Shown: in pieces, positions 12,811 through 24,066 of the stretch | Numbering within the stretch: the first letter of the stretch is position 1 | How the letters are laid out: every line of letters starts with the position of its first letter | Source: Gnetum montanum | Lineage: Eukaryota > Plantae > Gnetophyta | Length of the DNA: 64,000 nucleotides | Assembly: GCA_015680685.1 (NCBI GenBank) | Contig: MNCI01001410.1 | Location: 8,964-72,963 of the forward strand | Direction: 5' to 3' | The notes under the pieces: model-generated | Told to the model about the DNA's origin: nothing | Databases searched by the model: none | What the model saw: the letters and a program-made list of their open reading frames with translations, nothing else | Translations under genes and position numbers: made by a program

Positions 12811-15328
12811 ATGTCTTCTTCTTCTTCTCATAAGAGCAACTCACCACCTAAGGACCATACATGAAACAATCGACAATCAAAAACACATAACCAAAATCCG
12901 CCAAGTCCTCAATAATACCAGATAGTCTATAGTCATCCCAATGAGTATATTCCAAACTTTACCTTTATCCTCCATCAAGATGAACAATTGCGATGGAGAG
13001 ATTTGCAAGGTAACATAGTGTTACCTCCAGATCGGGCAGTCCCAAACATGCTTCTCTGTGCTCTGGCACAAATTGGCATGACTCAACTCTACGTTGAATA
13101 CGTTATGGATGATTTTGACATGAGGGATTACCATCCCATAGCTTTACAACGTATGAGGAACTTAAGTTAGGAGAGCCAATGTACACTATTGAAGGGCAAG
13201 GAGGTCCCGCACGTCCTTAGTGAAATCGGAGATGGTGAACCACTCATAACAGGTTTGCTATCAAAAGATGTTCCCCCTCCTAACGATAATGAGGAGGTGG
13301 GGTATCAGAACCTACGATCCATGATACATAACCCTAGTTCTGATCCCTATGAACACCAACTTTTCATAGATGGAACAACAACTCATGATAAGGATGGGCA
13401 CTTAGATCGTCATCACGATCGGGGCCGAAGCAGCCGAAGAGAAGGTAGGAAACATCGTCATGGTAATGGTTCTCCTTCTTCTTCTCCTTCATCTCATCAC
13501 TCACCCTCTCCTTCCACATCTGGGTGTAGCCACCATGAACATAATAGTGAGGATAGGGGTAGAAAAAATGAGAGACCTCGAAGGGAAAGTCGAGAGAGAG
13601 GAGAAGGGCATGAACGAAGGGAAAGTAGGGAACAACGAAGACATCATAGACGTCATGAAAGAGATGATCATGATGAGCCCCTACTTGCAACCCAAAGTAT
13701 GCTCAATATAATGGAGGCTGTGAGAATACCAACAAGGCATTTAAAAGATAGTTGGATCAAGCACTTAGACATTAATAACATCCCACATTTTGAAGGGGGA
13801 TACAACTCAAATTCGCAACATCATTTATAGGCATTCCATGATGCCTATGCCTTGCAGAACATAGAAAACGAGTGGCAAAAACTTAAGTTGTTTCCAAGGA
13901 CACTCATTAAAGAAGCAGAGAGTTGGTACCAGTCTTTAGAACCAAAAACCATTAGGAGGTGGAGTACAATGATAGAACTCTTCAACGATAAGTATCAAAC
14001 GTACTCCAAAGTGTCTAATTTATGTAAGCAGATCCAAGGCTGGAAGCAAGGAACTCATGAACCCTTGGATACTGCCATGGGCCGATACTATGCATTGTTA
14101 CATCGTTTCCCGGGCCATGGATACGCTCAACAGGATCAACTTTGCCACATCGTGGATGGGCTAAGGCATGAAACTAGAAGAACCCTTGGGACTTATGCCA
14201 AGGGAGACTATCAGAACTTAGAGCCCATGAAGTTCATCACTTGTTGGAACAAGTAGCAAAAGAAGAAGGTGAGCTATGAAAAAGAGAGAGTGCGGAAGAA
14301 TATAACCATGATCCCTCCCTTCGAAAGAAGGGAGTGAAATTTTGTGATGAAGAGGATGAGTAACCACTCGAAGAGTTGGTGAATAGAAAAACCTTGCCGA
14401 TTCAAAAACTAACAATAGAAGTATCGACTAAGATGAATCAATTGTGAGATTCCTTAGACTCCAGACTTGAAACTATATTGAAAATTGTAGAGGAGTCTAA
14501 GGAGGAATGAAGTAGTGACAAAGGTAAGACAAAGCAGAGAGATTTAGGCCCTACACATAACAAGGGTAAGGGAAAAATTACTATCTTCGATGAAGTTGTA
14601 GATTCAAAGACAAACGATGACGGTGGATGTGAGATCTTCCATTATGATCATCCCAAGGGATGTTGTCCAATCATCTCACATCTACAGGAGTATGGGGTGT
14701 ATGCACTTAATCCGAGACTTAACCAACGGCAAACATCCCGAAGGTTACCTTATCCTCAAGGTAACTCAAGACAGTTCCACCAATCACTAACATACTATCC
14801 AAGTGAAACTCCACCACAACCAATCGGACAACATCAGCAGTGGCAATACCCACAGTCATGGGGGATGCCATCGCCAACACAATAGTACCCTTACCAGCAA
14901 CCAGAACCATATGGATATTATGTGCAGTAGCTAGTTTCTCTAAGTGACTCTATGAGTCACACAACTCCCCAACATCACTACCAAGTTCAGGAGTACTTTA
15001 GGAGGACTCCTTCTCCTCTGGGAGGCACCCCACATACTTACCATCCTCCAACTCCATCCTCACCTCTTCCACCAATAGTTCGCACAACACCTCCTGCTCC
15101 AACAATGCAAGGGGAACTCCCTACTCAACCGCAGCAACGTAACACTATGAGAGTTGTAAATATCCAACCCGTTGCTAGTTCTGAAAATTGTAAAAAGAGA
15201 AGACCTTTCTTCAAAACCAAAATCCCAGACAAGCTCTCACAACAACAAGTGGTTGAGCCCATTTACACTCTTCACCATCTAACACTTTAGAACACCCTTC
15301 GGTCCAACAAAGTTGTACGCATACGGTT
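12811..15328 (+). pseudogene. gag: Element B gag (interrupted by stops and frameshifts)
   Basis: Retrotransposon gag core LKLFPRTLIKEAESWYQSLEPKTIRRWSTMIELFNDKY (13852-14256). It is preceded by an R/E/H/S-rich segment and followed by a P/Q-rich segment. Start position uncertain. Confidence 0.8.
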
Positions 15329-15922
15329 ATGTTAACGCATACCATAATTGACTGGATCAAGGTAGGCCACCTTCCCAGGAAACTAACTGATCCTGAAAGC
15401 CCCTTAATCTATTTACAAATTTCCAGGAACAAAAAACATAAGGCTCTTCTTGACTCAAGTTCCAGGGTCAACCTAATTTCACAAGAGATGTATCAAGCCT
15501 GGAACCTACCCCAGCTTAAGAAGAGAAACATTCAACTAGAGCTGGCAGACCAGTCCATCACCATTCCCTTGGGATTGGTGGAGGACATTGCTACCATTGT
15601 AGGTGGTTGTTTGTACCCAGCTAACTTCCTAGTGATAGAAGTTGACAGCAACAACGGGGGCTTCCCAATTATAATGGGAAGGGCATGGCTAAGCACAATA
15701 GACGCATGCCTTAGGATCCGCGATCTTTCCTTGGAGATATCTAAGGTAAATATTTATGGAAATATCAAGAAGAAGAAAGTTCCGTGCATCACATACAGTG
15801 ACTCAGAGGGTGATGAAATGGAAGAATGTTTAGGATCTCTTCCATGTAATCAGTGTGTCCAAGAAACACAAATTCAAAGGTGCCTATATGTAGCAACCAC
15901 ACAAGTAGTGGATACCCCGTGA
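15329..15922 (+). pseudogene. Element B aspartic protease
   Basis: PRKLTDPESPLI..KALLDSSSRVNLIS..IQLELADQS..PLGLVED..ANFLVIE..IIMGRAWL is the Athila-type protease pattern; the D-S-G triad reads D-S-S. Confidence 0.85.
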
Positions 15923-18092
15923 TTGACAACTACTAGAAAGAGCAAACCAATATGCATGGAACAAACTGAGGAAACAACTCATGTTAACAATAGAGGCATA
16001 GATACATTGGAGTATGAGCATCGCCAACTTCCATCCCTTAATCTGATAACATTAGTGGGAAGAAGTTGGACACTTTTACGAAATTCAAATAGATGCTCAT
16101 TATTTCGGATCTCTCCCTTGCAATTCAGTCATGGGGAAGATGGCCATCTTTGCTAATCATTGGAGGCCCTCAGTTCTTTTTAGTTTTTGTTTTACACGTT
16201 TTTGTTTTACATGTTTTTTTTACAAGTTTTTGTTATACACATTTTTTTCTTACACATTTTTGTTTTACAAATTTCTTTAACCTTGTTTTTGTTTTACAAA
16301 TTTCTTTAACTTTTCTTGTTTTTGTTTTTCAACATCATTATAATTTTTCATTTTTTGTGTTTTTGTGTGTGTGTGATCCACTGTGTAAGTTCGTCACCCA
16401 ATAAGTGTTCTTCCTAATGGTATGAACCATTTTCATATTGATTGCTAATGTTTGATTTTTACCTTTAAGTCATAATGTTGATACTAAGGTATGTTTGTTT
16501 TGATATGGCAGGAAATGAGTCCACTTCATCCTTCCATCCACAAAATCTATGGTCTCTCTTGGCTTGGAAATGTACAGTCCCCTTCATAATAAGAACTTTA
16601 ACGAATTGGTGACTAGGCACTTCTCAAACTAAGGAAGGACTCAAGGATTGCAAAGGGTGTGACTTCAAGGGAACTTGATGCTTTTGTGTTGGCCATTCTC
16701 TTAGGTGCTTGGATGTTTTCTCCTTGATTCTTCTTACCGTTTCACCGTTACCCAATTGTTGGAAGTTGAGCAAATAAAAATAAGAAGTCTTTGCATGGTG
16801 TGGTTCTCACGCATAAAAACACAAAACACAAAAAAAAAGTAAGAATTCAAAGCACACCCCTTAGACAAAATAATTCCTTGGGCTACAAGCACTGGTTATG
16901 GAACCAAAAATTTTCCCTCTAACTAAGGCCCTTCTTGCTTCCCATTCTCTCCTCCTTATTTCGTCGGAATGGTGGTGACTCTTGGGGAATGCATTCTTGT
17001 TACTTCAAGGGATGGATTAACTGGATGCATTGATGCGAAGTCACTAGATGTGGTTGGTTTGAGGCTGGAGTTGGAAAGAGGTTTATCAAGTCAAATTAAT
17101 CATGAAACACACAAGGGGCTGTACACCATCTTGTTCTTGGGATTCCATTCCATTCTCTTCTCTCCATCCTTCTCTCCCATGTTCACCTCATTGCCAGTTG
17201 TATCATTAGAGTATATATTGGTTCATACATTTTTTTCTTTTTGGTAAATTCTTGCAGTTAAGACTTTAACTCTTGTTTCAAATGACATTCCCAAAGCCTA
17301 AAAACTCTTTGAATGTGGATTGTCAGGGCATTAAGGGCATGAGCCTGCTTTGGGGAGGACCCACTGACATTCCTATTTGGGGCACTAGTTAAATTCTTTC
17401 CCTTAACATTTTTGCAATCTATTTTATTTTGTTCATTTCCTTCCTGACATCCATTTCATTGATGTCATAGTTATCCCTTTTTATCTATCTTTCTTATTCC
17501 TTTTCTTTCTCCATTCTAACGCTACCGGAGGTTCACGATTAGTCATGGGGGTACGGGGCTGATTTTTTCAATTTTTTCCTAACCCCTACACCTTCGGTAG
17601 TCATCATTAATATATCTCCAGACCCATATCAGCCATACCACAACTCAGCCAATGGACTTTCACTAAAGCAAGGTATCAATTACATGATGATTCATTTACC
17701 CTTGCTAATAAAAGATTGTGTTGTGTGTGCAGATGGCAATCATGCAACAGTAGAGGGGATCTGGAAGGAATGCTTGGAATGGAGCAGCGTTGAAGTAGCT
17801 ATGCAAGGAGTAAGACTGATGGTGCGCTTCCTGATGGACAACGAAAGGCACAATCTTGGCGTTGGCAGCAGCTACACTTCTTTCTCTCTTCTCTCTCAGC
17901 TTCCAACTAAGGCCTGATGTCAATGTAATAAGGTATTCATTCTTGTTGTTATGAACACCAGTTTTGTCAAGTCTTGTAATGATGATCCGTTCACATGTCA
18001 TCCCATTAGTTTCCTTTGAGTCAATAATCCCATACCTTCCCGATATTATTGTAATGAACTCGAGGATGAGTTTTCATTTAGTCATGGGGGTA

Positions 18093-18932
18093 TGATGGGA
18101 CACGATATCGCGACCGTCGCGATATCCATCCCTCGCAATATCGCATACGCAATATTGCATACGCGATATCGCGTCTTCCCCTGCAATATCGTGTACGCAA
18201 TATCGTGCTGCGCCTTCATATCTATAAATAAGAGGCGGCTCTCCCTTATTTTCTCATCCTAGGCTAGACCTTAGGGAAACTCTGGCAAATTGATCACTCC
18301 AGAGATAGAATATTTTCCATGTGCCCGCAGTAGGAGTCCTAAAGTGAACGGATCTTTATTCGAGCAAACATTGTATCAGAACATAAGTTTTTGTACGGCA
18401 ATAAAGGCAAGCTTCTTGGATAAACCTTGTAGTGCATGGAATAGGATTTTATTTACTATTATTTATTACTTTTTATTTATTACCTGTTATTTACTACTTT
18501 CTCTCCTTCTCTCCTAGTTAAGTGCCTCAGTACAACCACTTCGAGCACATGTGTTACGCGTGGTGATCCCAGCAACGATTAGTGTTTAGTAGCCACGGTT
18601 GCATCGGTTCAGGGTGTGTACAGTAAGTGGGAACGAATGCTGACGCTAGGTAATTTAGACTTGGTTCATTAGTTAGAGTTAGTAATTAGTTCCTGAACCC
18701 TTTACCTTGTTATCATAGGAGAAAAAAACATAAAAAGACTATAAAAATCATATACCTTGAGCTTACTTAACCATACACCGTGACAACTACAGGTAAGCCT
18801 AGGAAGACAACGAATGATTAACCCTAAGTGTTCCATGGGCATGTAGGCACTTAGTCTATGGAGTTCGACCGGATCACATATGCTATGCTCGTATTCGTAT
18901 GGTTGAGTGTAGGGGTATCTCACCACTCATCA
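18093..18932 (+). repeat. Element B 3' LTR
   Basis: Direct repeat of 11854-12669, preceded by the PPT at ~18077-18092. Confidence 0.95.
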
Positions 18933-19737
18933 CTATTCATCAAGAAATTCATATGTCCTATGAGGGAGATGAAATTATAATCCATGGAGATAGTGTAATC
19001 CCCTTGTCTATTAAAAATGTTGACATAGAATAAGGATTTGAGGTGGAGTTTTTAGAGGAAACTCCTACCCTCAAAAATGATGTTAAGAGATACAACGATG
19101 TAAACCAAGTCAAGACCAACAATGATGAGGCCATGAATGAAGCATGGAAAGATATCCCATTCAACGTTATTAGTGAAGGAAACAAAGAATATAAAATCAT
19201 GCAAAAAAGGCCTTATACTTTCCCTAATCTTTCAAGTATTAGGAAACAGTTGCATGATTGAGTACATCATCTAATCATCTAATTGTGTATCATACCATGT
19301 AGCCTTTTACTTTTTAGCCTAGTTTTCAACTTTTATTTACATATTTTACTTTACTTTATCTTACTTTTCAAAGTTTATTCTTATGATGCCTTATTTACTA
19401 CTTTACTACATAGCCTTTTCTTTACATTCTTGCATCAAGTTTACACTTTACGTTGATCCTCTTTTATGTCTTTTCATAAAAACATAAAACTCCATAAAAA
19501 TCTTAAACATAAAAACCAAAAAAATAATATGCTTCAAACCAAAACTTTAAAATACTATCCATAGTCATACTATGTGACAATAATAGAAATAAATTGTTCC
19601 ATAACCATAATTGCACTATATAATAATCAACAACACAAAAAATTGTACATAGTCTCCAAAGTCTATGATAGGCAAAATAAGCAACCACAACACTACAACT
19701 AAAATAAAAAAATATAGCATGACCAACATTGCCAAAA

Positions 19738-21992
19738 CTAAGCTGGAGGAGAAGGAGGAGGAGGATCATTGTCTACATTATCATGAATGCCATTGTGATC
19801 ACCAAAGGCCTGTAAATAATAAAAATATAAACAATTAGTAATCATCATAGCCAAAACCTACCTATGAAACCATGGAAACTAAAAAATAGTAAACATAAAA
19901 TATAATATAAAAACTTAAAAATTCCAAAAATAAACCTTAGGAGGTTCTAGAGTAATATCTTCTGGGGCAAAGTTATAAAGACTAGTCTCTAACTTGTGAA
20001 GAATTTACTCTTCACTCATGTTGCCCAGTCAATTTCACCAAGGTCTACTCTTGTTAGGACCTTTTCCCTCTCGATGTCTATCTACTTGAGAGAATTGCAG
20101 GAAAGGTTGGCTGTATTAGTCTTCCCAAATGTAGTAGTCATCTAAGGGGTAGGGGAATTAGTCACTATCACAAATTCTACAAATAATCTTAAAGGTGTCC
20201 TCCATGTTTATGCACTGCAAAAATAACTCATGCTTTTGATGCTCAATGTCCTCCTTATGTAACCATTTTATATAACTCTTTTTATTTCCCTTATATACCA
20301 CTTGTGATCCTCTTTTTTTCCATCCCACTCAAGTACCCAATCACAATAGTTCCTCTATTCTCTAGTCTTACGAACTAACTCCATTTTCTTGTGCTTTCCC
20401 ACATTGCTCCTAGCTAGAGTAACCTGGCTTTGGATGGCACTTCAGTAGCATGACCACTCAATTTCTTTAGTACACAAGGAGCCTTTGCTGGCCACATGGG
20501 CCTTTATAAACTCTTTGTAGTCTCTAAGGTTCCTAATCTCAACTATATGCTTCTTGTTCTCCTTTTCTAAGATCACCACTTTCTCCCATAGGAATTTATT
20601 GGAGCATTGGAGCTCTCAAGATGTCTTGGCACATGAGATAGCATATTTAGTATCCTCCATGTACAATCTCCATGGAACATTCTCTACCTTGAGTGATAGT
20701 GTAGGGAGCTCATTAAGCTCAATGTCATGTGCAAGATCCCATCTAACCTTAAATACTATAATAGCCAAAGCATAATACAAAATCAAAAATGAAAAAAAAT
20801 AACCAAAATAACCAAAATATTTCAAACTACTAGAACCATGTAACCATGAAATATGAAAAATAAAAACATAAAAATGCAAAACCAAAAATGAAAAATAAAA
20901 ATGCACTAATTGGTCTTAACAATAGAGGGGGCTATTTACTATAGCCAATTACCCATATCATCCACCATGCCTTGCATGAATTTAGTCTTATCTAGAACTT
21001 CAACCAAAGGCTTTTCCTAAACATAGAGGTAGATGCTTTTAGAGGAGGCTCATGTACTATAACAAGTATAACGATCAACATAGTTTGCAAAAATTGACAT
21101 AAACTTTAAAAGAAAAAATATAAACAAAACTAAACAAGTACTTGGAAGATCATAAGGAGTATCCATGAGAGAGTTGTCTCCTAGAGGTTAGTCCTCAAAA
21201 ATAACATCCATGATATCTAATGCTTCATTGGGTACCCTTTCTTCCTCCTCCTTGCATCTTATCTCCTTCTCTTCCTTATGTTTTTTTTTCAACTTTTGCA
21301 ACAACTTGGACTGCCAACCCTTGTTATCTCCCTGTAACCATGGCAAAGAAAAAACACAGAACAAGTTAGCAAACATTTTTGTTAACAAAACTATATATAC
21401 ATAATAGTACAAGAAATATAAAAACATACAACATACAAAATGTATACATACATACATGCAGCAAATTGATGCACCTTATCAAACCTAACGTATACCTTCT
21501 TACATGCTAGCTAATCAACAACAAGAGCATTTACTTCAACTTGTGGCCTCTTCATCTTCTTTTTAGCTACACCATCAACTTATGCATGTACCTTCTTAGC
21601 TCTCTTAGCATTATTATCATATGTAACATGGGGTTCAATCCCTATGCTATCAAGGAAATAGTAATGCACATCATTAAACCTCTTAGTGGTAACTATCAAT
21701 GACTCTAAAATATCCTTAACTAGTGGATCTTGGATATGCATCACTGGGACAATGTGTCTTGTCCAAGGCTTGGAAAACTAGGAGCGATCACAGCTCATCC
21801 ACTTTCTATCTTTCTTAACTAGCAAGAATTCCACAAACCTTTGGAGATATATAGCAAAGAATATGAAATGCATGTAACATATCATGTCAAGATTATTGCA
21901 AATTTTTTGGATTTTATCGTGTAACTCAGAGATCAAGAATGTAGCCTAGTTAAACCTACTATCATCAATGAGAACTTTTCTCATGGTTTAAG
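19738..21992 (-). pseudogene. Element A antisense accessory gene, 3' exons
   Basis: The last exon tttacag|AFGDHNGIHDNVDNDPPPPSPPA* parallels C's last exon. VDLGEIDWA..EE*ILHKLE parallels C LDGTDWTSVSEEEILRRLE. WDLAHDIELNELP..AISCAKTS matches E. RFN*A lies next to the C insertion point. Confidence 0.7.
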
Positions 21993-23243
21993 TGAAACAC
22001 CACAAAAATTTCAAGCTTAGTACTTCTCCAACAAGAACCAGGCTAAGTCATGACATTCCTCAACATGGTTGAAGCTCGAGGGCCCCGTAGATAGCTTCAA
22101 GCGGAGTCGAACTCAACAAGAAGCAGGTCCTTGGGACCCACAGACAACCACGACATCTGCTATCAAACCTGGCAACTTCGGAGCTTGAAATACTTAGTTT
22201 ACATTAAGTATGTATTCTCAGCATATACGCTCGATGCTCACAGCGTATACGCCCAGCGTATACGTCCCAGATTGCATCCCCAGTGGCGTATATGCCCAGC
22301 GTAGACGCCTCACATGTACGCTCAGCAGGTACAACTGATGTATACGCCTGGCACGTAATCCCTGAAGACGGCATGGAAACAGCATTGCAGAGCAAGGTTT
22401 GGTATAAGGCAACAACTCACACGAGTAGAGCAACCATCAGCGTATACACCCGGCAGACAGCGTATACGCCAGCATCCACAGCATATACGCCCAGTACATC
22501 TAGCATATACGCCCACAGTCTACGCCCACTTGATACAGCGTATACGCCCAGCAAATGTAACATGTACACTTGTAAATTTTATTCTTTCGCACCCGGTCAA
22601 CGCGCCACGTGTCACCCAACCCGAGTCTAATGTTAAAACCTATATAAAAACCCTAATTTTTCACTAGCCCAGGGAGGGGGTTGGTAATTTTGAGCAAAAC
22701 TAGAGAGAAAAATAGAGACGCTGAGAACTAGAGCAAAGAACCTTATACACTAGACAACCCTGTATGCTGAGCATATAGCCTCTACGCTATGCCTATAGTT
22801 TGAACCAACCAACAGTCATCCCTGCATCCACCGGGGCTATTCGTCTGCCTTGTGTCAAAGCCACAACTGCGTTAGACCGGTGCATTGTAACTCTTATTTT
22901 GAAATACCATTGTTACATTTTCTTCCTAAAATCTGTTACAATTTGCATTAATTGTTGCATGTATACTATTTACGCTCTTTTATGTTTACGCTCCGTTTGC
23001 ATTAGTTACGTTGTTTACGCTCCGCTTTACGCCTGTTACGCCGTTTACATATAACCCAGTGTATAGCACTTCAGTGTACATTCGGGGAAATCCTTGCCTG
23101 ATCCGCATGTGGACCACTCAAGGTACTCTACCTTCGTTAATTCCAGCTTGCCCTCAAGCGAAGGTAGGGTCTTCTGTGCATGTCCGGTGATCCCCCGATC
23201 TTTGTTTCCTTCCAGTCGAAGATCGACGATTTTGGACGGTACA
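21993..23243 (+). repeat. Element C 5' LTR
   Basis: Direct repeat of 38718-40022, with an AGCGTATACGC array and TATA-like tatataaaaa at ~22641. Confidence 0.96.
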
Positions 23244-23248
23244 GAAAT

Positions 23249-23266
23249 TGGTGCTAGAAGGAGGGC
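23249..23266 (+). promoter_or_regulatory. Element C PBS (tRNA-Asn GUU type)
   Basis: tggtgctagaaggagggc is complementary to the 3' end of plant tRNA-Asn (...GCCCTCCTTCTAGCGCCA) with one C>T change. Confidence 0.85.
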
Positions 23267-23289
23267 CTCTGTCTTGAACTTACTGTGCT

Positions 23290-23950
23290 TCAGAGCTCTT
23301 AGCGTCTACGCTGTTGAGTATACGTCGACCCTTTCTGCAAACCTCTCAGCGTTTACGCTACTCAGTTTAAAACTTACTGTCTGCAAACTATCCAGCGTCT
23401 ACGCTGTTGAGCGTCTATGCTGCTCCGTTTAAAAATTACCATCTGCAAGTCTCTCAGCATCTACGTTGTTAACCATACGCTGACTCTGTCTGCAAACTCC
23501 CTAGCATCTACGCTGTTGAACATACGCTGTCCGCTATACGTTGTAGACCCTGTCTATGCTATACGTTGACCCTGCACATTTTATGCTGTAGACTTTGTCT
23601 ACGCTGCACACACAACTCTGTTTATGCTGCTAACACACATGCTGCTCACTTTACGCTGTAGACTTGGTTTACGCTATGCACTAACGACATACGCTGACTC
23701 TGTCTACGCCCTACACCATAAACTCGTTTACACTACCGTCCATATACGCTACACTCTGTACACTGTAACCCCGTTTACGCTGTACGCTGATGCTGTATAC
23801 GCTGCTTAGCATATACATTGTACGCTCTATGCTGTAGATTCTCTACTCTGTATACCTATACGTTGTCTACGCTGTCATTATACGTTGGTCGTTGAAGCCT
23901 ATACGCTGAGACCCAATCTATACGCTGTGCGTCACGAATGTAGGTTTACG
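23290..23950. repeat. Element C 5' UTR array of (T)TACGCTG / TATACGCT motifs
   Basis: Dozens of tacgctg, tatacgct and tctacgct units. Confidence 0.9.
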
Positions 23951-24066
23951 TTACCCTAAGTACTCCAATTCCATATCCCTTCACTGTGTGATATTCTCTA
24001 CTATTCATCATGAACCTCGCAAACACCACCGCTACAACCACCTAGGTCACTGACATCGTAGGCACC

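Larger units (their letters stand above)
11854..18932 (+). mobile_element. Element B: Athila-like non-autonomous LTR retrotransposon (gag + protease only)
   Basis: LTRs at 11854-12669 and 18093-18932 (TGATG...CATCA). TSD CTATA/CTATT. tRNA-Asp-type PBS. PPT tttagtcatgggggta preceded by ctcgaggatgag. No RT, RH or INT motif found. Confidence 0.9.
11600..19261 (+). pseudogene. Element A protease region, split by element B
   Basis: Removing B and one TSD restores AVSFPIHQEIHMSYEGDEIIIHG, matching C AISSPIHQEIHLPYEGGEIIIHG. Downstream WKDIPFNVISEG matches C WAELPFNVISEG. Confidence 0.8.

Noticed and set aside
15923-18001. env-like gene in B's post-protease region (hydrophobic ORFs 16093-16404 and 16969-17247)
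   Set aside because: The hydrophobicity of the first comes from T-rich tttgttttaca repeats. The ORFs are short and discontinuous with no recognisable Athila env similarity. A decayed remnant cannot be fully excluded.
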